NCBI GenBank assembly: GCA_002633005.1 | Contig: NMRA01000552.1 | Coordinates: 102,283-166,282 of the forward strand | Length of the DNA: 64,000 nucleotides | Direction: 5' to 3' | Origin: Phoronis australis | Taxonomy: Eukaryota > Animalia > Phoronida | In this document: one piece after another, positions 21,704-64,000 of the stretch | Numbering within the stretch: position 1 is the first letter of the stretch | How the letters are laid out: each line of letters begins with the position of its first letter | The notes under the pieces: generated by a model | The model's input: only the letters and a program-made list of their open reading frames with translations | Databases searched by the model: none | Told to the model about the DNA's origin: nothing | Program-made: the position numbers and the translations under genes

Positions 21704-57482
<35,779 letters not shown>

Positions 57483-57699
57483 GTAATTATAGTATTTTTG
57501 ATGGGTTGATTATTTATCCTTGTGCACAACCGTATTTAAATTCGGCAACGAATTACAACAAATACCAGCATGTAAAACATATCACAAACTCAGTCTAACG
57601 AAGTTTGGAAACGGAGCATTGCAAACTATCATAGTTCTAACTAATGACAGACAAGCAACAGCCCACGCACATCCACAAAGCGAACACGTACGCGTCATC

Positions 57700-60600
57700 A
57701 ACTGGCATGCTTAGAATTGAGCTTTGAATAAAATGTAAGTTGACCACAACATCCCGGAATGACTTTACAAGAACATTACCCCCAAACCAACCTTCATTCC
57801 GAAGAGAATGCTGGGATTCTTCACTTCAACCACTATAAGTAAATCATCCGGAACACTCCTGGTATTTTAGTAAATTTCTGTTGGAACATACGGAACACCT
57901 CGGGTATTTTGGAAGCCTCAACTCATCCTTCAGAGCATTCGCAACACATCGGGAGGTTTTGTACTATCAAATTTCCCCTTGCGGGTGAATGTTATCTGCC
58001 CATGTGCGGACTTCAGTCATGAGGCCAGCCATTCTCCAGCTTTGAAGTAGCACGGCTTGTCTGACGACTACCTATTCTATTATGCGCATGGGTATACACA
58101 CAGTCAGAGGCTGATTTTGCAAGGATTGCGCAGATTAAAATGTGTTAGTTCAGACTTATAATTTCAATCGACTGTCTTAACTACACCCATGCAGAGCTTC
58201 TCACACAGACTCGTTCAGAGTTAGGCTGAAGTCGAATGGTAACTAACTGAAACAATACATTCCTCCACTTTTTGGAAGACGGGTCCTTCAAAACAATGCA
58301 AAAACTGTGAACACGTTAATAGAGAAAAACATATAGTAGTGTGGTGGACAACGACCCAATACTTTTGTAGAATCGTCTTACACAGTGAACAGTTTTGTGT
58401 TGTTGACTGCTGTAACCGTAAGGCCGTGGGCATTGTCTATGGTTTTTGGTAGTGACTCAAAAGGAGTACTGAGTTTATTCTGTTCCTTTTGCTTCACCAA
58501 CATGAATCCAGTGCGCTGACCGGCGTATGCGTTGGTTCGGGATTCGGCTGCTGTATCCTTCGCCATTGCAGAATCATCCGACTTCAGTGGAAAGAGTTCT
58601 GTTATCTTGGTCGTCTTAGCATTGTAGCTCATTAAAAGCTTGTATGTAGTTTTCAGCGAATTCTTACACCTTGTGTTTTGCATTTAAGTTTGGCCATAGA
58701 GGGATAGCCTGACAACGCTTAAATCCAAAATGTTGAGCCACGGAGTCCATATTGAAACTGTTGAACGGTGGCTCATTGACCGTCTTCAACTCGTAAGGTG
58801 TACCGTGTGCTACAAAAATGTTATCGAAGATCGGAATTTCTGTACTTGCTTCAGTACCTGTTTCGAAATCAATTTCAGGACACCTAGAATCTTCGTGAAT
58901 GACTGAAAATGTCATTTCACCTCTTGAGGACGGTACATGGAAATAGGGTGAACTCTTTTGTCAAGTCTTTTCAGGATTCTCGAACGGGTTAACTTTTGAA
59001 AATTGCGTGGGAACGTCTCATTCGAAACGTCTTTAGATTCCTTGGAGCAAGACACTGGATTCCATTTCCTACTTTTTCTTCGTGATTAAAAAATGACCTT
59101 CGTGATAAGCTGATAATCTGTGTGCGTGACTGTTCTGCAACGATTATTTGATTATTGAGGAACACGAAGCTTAACTCAGTGGAGACGTGTGCTTATGACC
59201 AACGAGAAATGACAGTTTTACACTCACCTAACTTCTCAGTACGAAGAGTGAACACAACTCGATGTCCTTCTGTGTTTCACTTTGAAACTCTTCTCACTTT
59301 GGTGCGTTGATACTGAATGCTGCACTTCTCAGTTTTTGGCAGGGTGAGTGTTGCTCTCGATACATCACACAGTGTAGTCGAACTGTTAAAGATGTAACTG
59401 CCATTTTTCAATTTTCATTGACGGTCTATTGTTGTCGTTGTTGAAAATTGGGACCAATGGCTGGTGGTCGGTTTCTATAGTAAACGAATTGTCGATGATG
59501 TATACATAAGACGTCTTTCAGCGAATCGCCAGGGCTTCTCCGTCTATTTGTGAATGGCGTGTTTCTGTACCCGCTGAACAGCTGCTAGTGCACATGATCG
59601 ATCCCTAAGCATCTGACTTCAGTCGCAGTATGAGCCCTGCATCAGTATGGTAGTGCACACATGCTCTATAGCGCACTTTTCAGATGCTCAATGACCTATT
59701 GTTCGATGTTGGTCCACTTCCACTCTTCACTTACTTGTGTCAGTTTGAGAAGGGGACTCTTCAGCTTTAAACCCTTTGCGATGCGCCTCCACCAGTAGGC
59801 CTAATGACAACACTTCCGACGACGATATAAGAGCAGCCACGTTCAGGATAACTGCATCACATTCTGGTTAATGTTTTAAGTATACATCATCCCATCTTGT
59901 CATAGAATGTGATTCGATGACAACTCTCTTCATCTAACTCCATCTGATGATAGCCTTCGTTTATCTTCAAAACGAATGAGCCACTAAAATTCACCGTGCT
60001 GTCGTCCACTTTTAGAACCTCTGTTACAAGACGTTTGAATTCCTTGTTTGGAGACCTTAAGTAGGATGTATAGCGAATAGGTTCAGAGGTGTGGGGCTTT
60101 GGTGCAACTACTGGGAACGTACACTAAGTTCTGTAGTATAGTCGGGATACCTATCATCGTCAGGCTCCAATGGTTGTCCGCCATCTTCTTTCGCGTGCAG
60201 CGCAGTCACGCGGGACTTAGCGTTCCAATCTGGAGTGCTCCTCTGCACGTTAGGTACTAACATATCGGGAGAAACGCGCATCGACGAACTGAGACGAAAA
60301 TCGGTGCATTTACCGACTGTTTTTTTTTGAAACCACTGAAAAACTTGTGGATTTTACTAATGCATTTTTTGTTCATTTTCAGAAGATATTTTTGAAATTA
60401 AATTTTCTTCAGACGGAAGAAAAAAAACCCAGGGATTGTTTATGCAATGTATCTATTTGTCCCAGGCACTAACCGACACCTGTTAGGCCAAAGGAAAAGC
60501 ACAGGTGACAAATGCAACACGCTGGGTGCTTAACAGTTTCGAATCACGCATTGGTCAGCAAAACATTGTCCACTCGCTCAACATTTATGTTGAAATTTTT

Positions 60601-62700
60601 GGTTCAGGCATTTTGTATTTATTTGACGAAAATTAAAAAACTTGAATTGATAGAGTGTGGCCACCAATAAAGTAAAACCTTTACTTTATTTCACTATATT
60701 GTATCACAACACAGCATGACATAATTAAAAATAAAAGAAGAGATTGAGCAATAAAATGCAAATGCAACTCGGGTATTTATTTATTTATTTATGAAGGTGA
60801 GAAAAAATCAAACAATATGATATTGGGTAATTTATTAGAATAACTGCATCGAGGTTCAATGATCAACTTCCGCCGACCAAGTCTCAAAGCATTACAGTTC
60901 TGTTTTGGCTGACAAGGTGTTAACAGAGCATGAAGAAAAACTGAAAAGAAAAAGAAAGACAGCAGAGATAAGTGGTGTTAAGTACAACAAGAGAAAAAAG
61001 TCAAATAAAGAGGTCCGCACGAATAGAAAATAAGTAATGTCTATCTGTAATAAAACAATAGTGATTTATTTTCCACAACTGAAATTCAGAACCTATTTTA
61101 ATCGATTTAGAAATCGATATCATACCAGTAACACAGCATATGACGACCATAGGAGTCATTATAGAATGGCTGCCGAAAAGCAATGTACAGTTGAAACAAC
61201 TCAGCATGAATATAAGAAAACTTTTGAATCAACGAATACTACATACTTGTGAGAGTTAAATCAAATCCTATTCAGAGCATAAGTTTGAAGTGGAATAATT
61301 GGGTGAGTACGACAACTATCCGGTTTTATGCTTAGGCGGACGACCATTGGGTTCCCGAGTGTAATTCCTCGATGATACCTGCCTTCTTAGAGCATTGTTC
61401 TTCGATCAACGCTTTATCCTCATACTTGAACAGCTTCTGATGTTTGTAAACCATTGTCAGTACGGTTTCGTCCTCGATTGGACAAACCTTTATCTGGCTA
61501 TGTTAGCCAAGGGCGTTGAATAGGTCACAATGTGCTTCGATGAGCTGTTTGGCCTCAGGATCAGTTTGCTAGGATACTTTAGGAGTGCTTATTCCGAGGG
61601 AGTGTTTCGGGAAAGTGACTTAAGACTTGAGACATGAATTTGTTCACACATTCAACATTACTATTTCTAAAAATAATTGAAATTCACTTGAGAAAAGAAT
61701 AAAGTAACTGAGAATATTTACTGAGTAATTTTCGACAAGTTATTTCCAGGCAGTGATAATTACATGACTAAACCTTTGTTTGGCAACTGTGAAGTGGGAA
61801 TTTAATACCAAAGTTCTGTCTTAGACCTTAAGTCACTCTTCATGAAACAGATCCTTACCGTTGATCGTATTTGTGGTTAAACTTAATAATGGTCTACACC
61901 TTGTGGCACCTTTGAAAATCAGTAGTTGTGCAGACATTGAATTTCCTTCCTCACGCGTTTTGTTGATGTTGGTTGCAACTTGATTCGCTCTCTGCTGTGA
62001 TTTTGCAGGCTATTGAACATTTCCTTATCCATGACGTCGCCAGGAGCGCATGAGCTCGCGTCCAATGTACCAAATATTCCTTTAACTTTAGTTTCACCAT
62101 TATCAGACTGACTTTTGCGATGATTCATATGACCCACTCGAAAGAAGTAATCAGAATCTTACACGCAATGTGTCTTTTGGTTGTGTGTTTTCTTGAGGCC
62201 ATCCTTGGGGCTTGCACTGGTTCTAAATAGAATAGTTGCGCTTGCCACATTTTGTACAGGCTTTCCTCCTAACGGGACAATTAGACTGCGTGTCACGTGC
62301 TGAAAGCCACAACGAGTGCAGTAGGTTAACTTACAACTTAAATGCGTCGACGACCATCTTTTCGTTTGTCCTCTGGATTTGTTTTCCAAGTTGGATTGTT
62401 TCGTAGCATGTATTCTGTTGACCTGTTCCTAAGCATCATGAGGTTTGCTGTGTTCCATCTCCATTGCTTGACGGTCGATGTCTATGTCTTCATTGTTGGC
62501 AATATGCTCCAGCAGCTTCACCAGCGACTAACTTTTCGTCATTGCATCATGCCGCAGTTTTCCGTCAGAAATGGAGTTTAGCAGTTGGCTCCGAATTGCA
62601 TCATACTTTTTAATGTTCGTCTTACACGAGGGATGTTGAACAGATATTTTCGAGGTACCAGATGCGGCACGACTTTATACTTATTATGGTCAGCTGCTAA
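57700..62700 (-). mobile_element. Highly decayed Gypsy LTR retrotransposon (gag-pol remnants) with nested insertions
   Basis: Minus strand, in gag-to-pol order: gag AIRSQLLNSISDGKLR (~62590), Zn knuckle CTRCG..H / CP....CTKCGKRN (62231-62320), RT-like PVVAPKP....IR....PNK (~60050-60115), RNase H ETRHSQIDGEALAI and FTIETDHQPLVPIF (59440-59565), PPT-like AAGGGGAAA (~57979-57971). Boundaries are approximate. Confidence 0.75.
61600..61855. mobile_element. MITE nested in the Gypsy remnant
   Basis: Inverted ends GTTTCGGGAAAGTGACTTAAGACTTGAGAC / GTCTTAGACCTTAAGTCACTCTTCATGAAAC. Confidence 0.55.
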
Positions 62701-64000
62701 CTAGTATATTTTATCTTAAATACAGGGAACTGCCCGTTGTACGTGTATTATTATGACCGAATTTACTGTTGTTGTTTTGGTCCATGAACTGACCGTTTGA
62801 CCGGTGATGAGGGCCCTCTTGGAAAGCAGTGCTATCACTGAAGAGGTGACCCTCATTTTAAATAGCACAATAAACAAAATAAATAAATAAAGATGACCAC
62901 AGACCGGCACTGTTGACCTAAGTACTGTCTTCTTCCTATTTTGGTCGTCTTTTGGGACCGCGTGCTTATGTTTAAGCGAGTCTGCGATGGAGCGTGTACA
63001 AAGGTCACTAACCTATCTTGTGATTTGACGTGTGTTATTAATTGAAATAAAGCAATAAAATAAATCAAACAACACCAATAAATACCCCCATATATACCTC
63101 TTATTTTCAGTTGTGGCGTGGCCACCACTCTTGTCGCCTTTTTCTATCCATCTGCTTTAAATGAATGATTCATTTGACAAGACTTATTTAAATTCTCATC
63201 CTTAAAAAGCAAAATGTCGACGATAAGCCATATTCTTGTCAAACTCATCACGGGGGGCGTGGCCTTCTTCGGCACCTGTAGGAGCCTTCAATTGATACCG
63301 TCGATGGACACGCACTACTACTCATCGACCGTGTCATTGACTGTTAACCTGTATGGAAACAAAACATTTCAGTTCTGTTGACCACTTTCTCCACCCACGT
63401 CGTTATTCATCAGAATCCTCATTTGTAAATTTGGTCTGAATGTCTGAGTTTTATTCTGTCATTCCTGTCGCCAAATGGCAAATTTGTGATTGAGGATAAC
63501 AAAGGTTAAACAACCAGTTTTTTTCTTAACTGTTTATTTTATCTTAAAAATAATAGAAGAAATGATACAATTACTGCCTGCAAACAAATACAATGACAGT
63601 GAATGTAAAGGAGATCATTTCTGCGGTATAGCAGTATAACAACACAATACACAGGTCATTGAACGATCTAATTATAAATACACAAACACACGTAAACATA
63701 AAACACAGAAAGGCTATATCAATGAGAATGTTAAGTAATTAAAATATAAGTTTGGTGTTATAAATGAAAGTAGATACTATATCAATGAGCATGATATTCA
63801 GTTCTAGGTTAAGTTGTTGCGAACTATAAAGTCAGAGTTCGGAATACATACTAATGTTGTCAAAGGAACACACATGCAGAGCTACCCACAATCTATACCA
63901 GACCTATGCGGAGTTAGGCGAAAATTGAACGATAGTTAGTATCTAATTGAAAAAATGCACGCAGAAAATGTGTCAGAAATACAGTGACGGAATATGTCTA

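Noticed and set aside
57483-64000. Further gene 2 exons (linker/TMD2)
   Set aside because: No convincing ABCC-like exon was found; the region is mostly Gypsy remnant. A short, poorly conserved linker exon could have been missed.

Overview
AT-rich, intron- and repeat-rich animal genomic DNA. It looks like an invertebrate, but the species cannot be determined from sequence. The window holds two tandem, same-strand ABCC/MRP1-like (multidrug resistance-associated protein) genes. Gene 1 contributes its last five exons (NBD2 to stop, 4-7715). Gene 2 is a long, TMD0-containing paralog whose first ~18 exons run from ~21.7 kb to 57.5 kb, and it continues past the window. Most ORF-track entries are spurious or are exon fragments. 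Introns and the intergenic spacer carry many transposon remnants: Penelope-like, ISL2EU, Gypsy, solo LTR, Helitron, LINE and MITEs. Four observations stand out: (1) a Penelope-like element whose inverted terminal repeats combine a tRNA-like Pol III promoter, a minimal hammerhead ribozyme and a T4 terminator; (2) a tandemly duplicated ABCC exon that can only be used mutually exclusively; (3) an intronic solo LTR with clustered heat-shock elements upstream of an antisense TATA box; (4) a 5.4-kb palindromic ISL2EU-derived structure. All calls were made by eye, without database searches.
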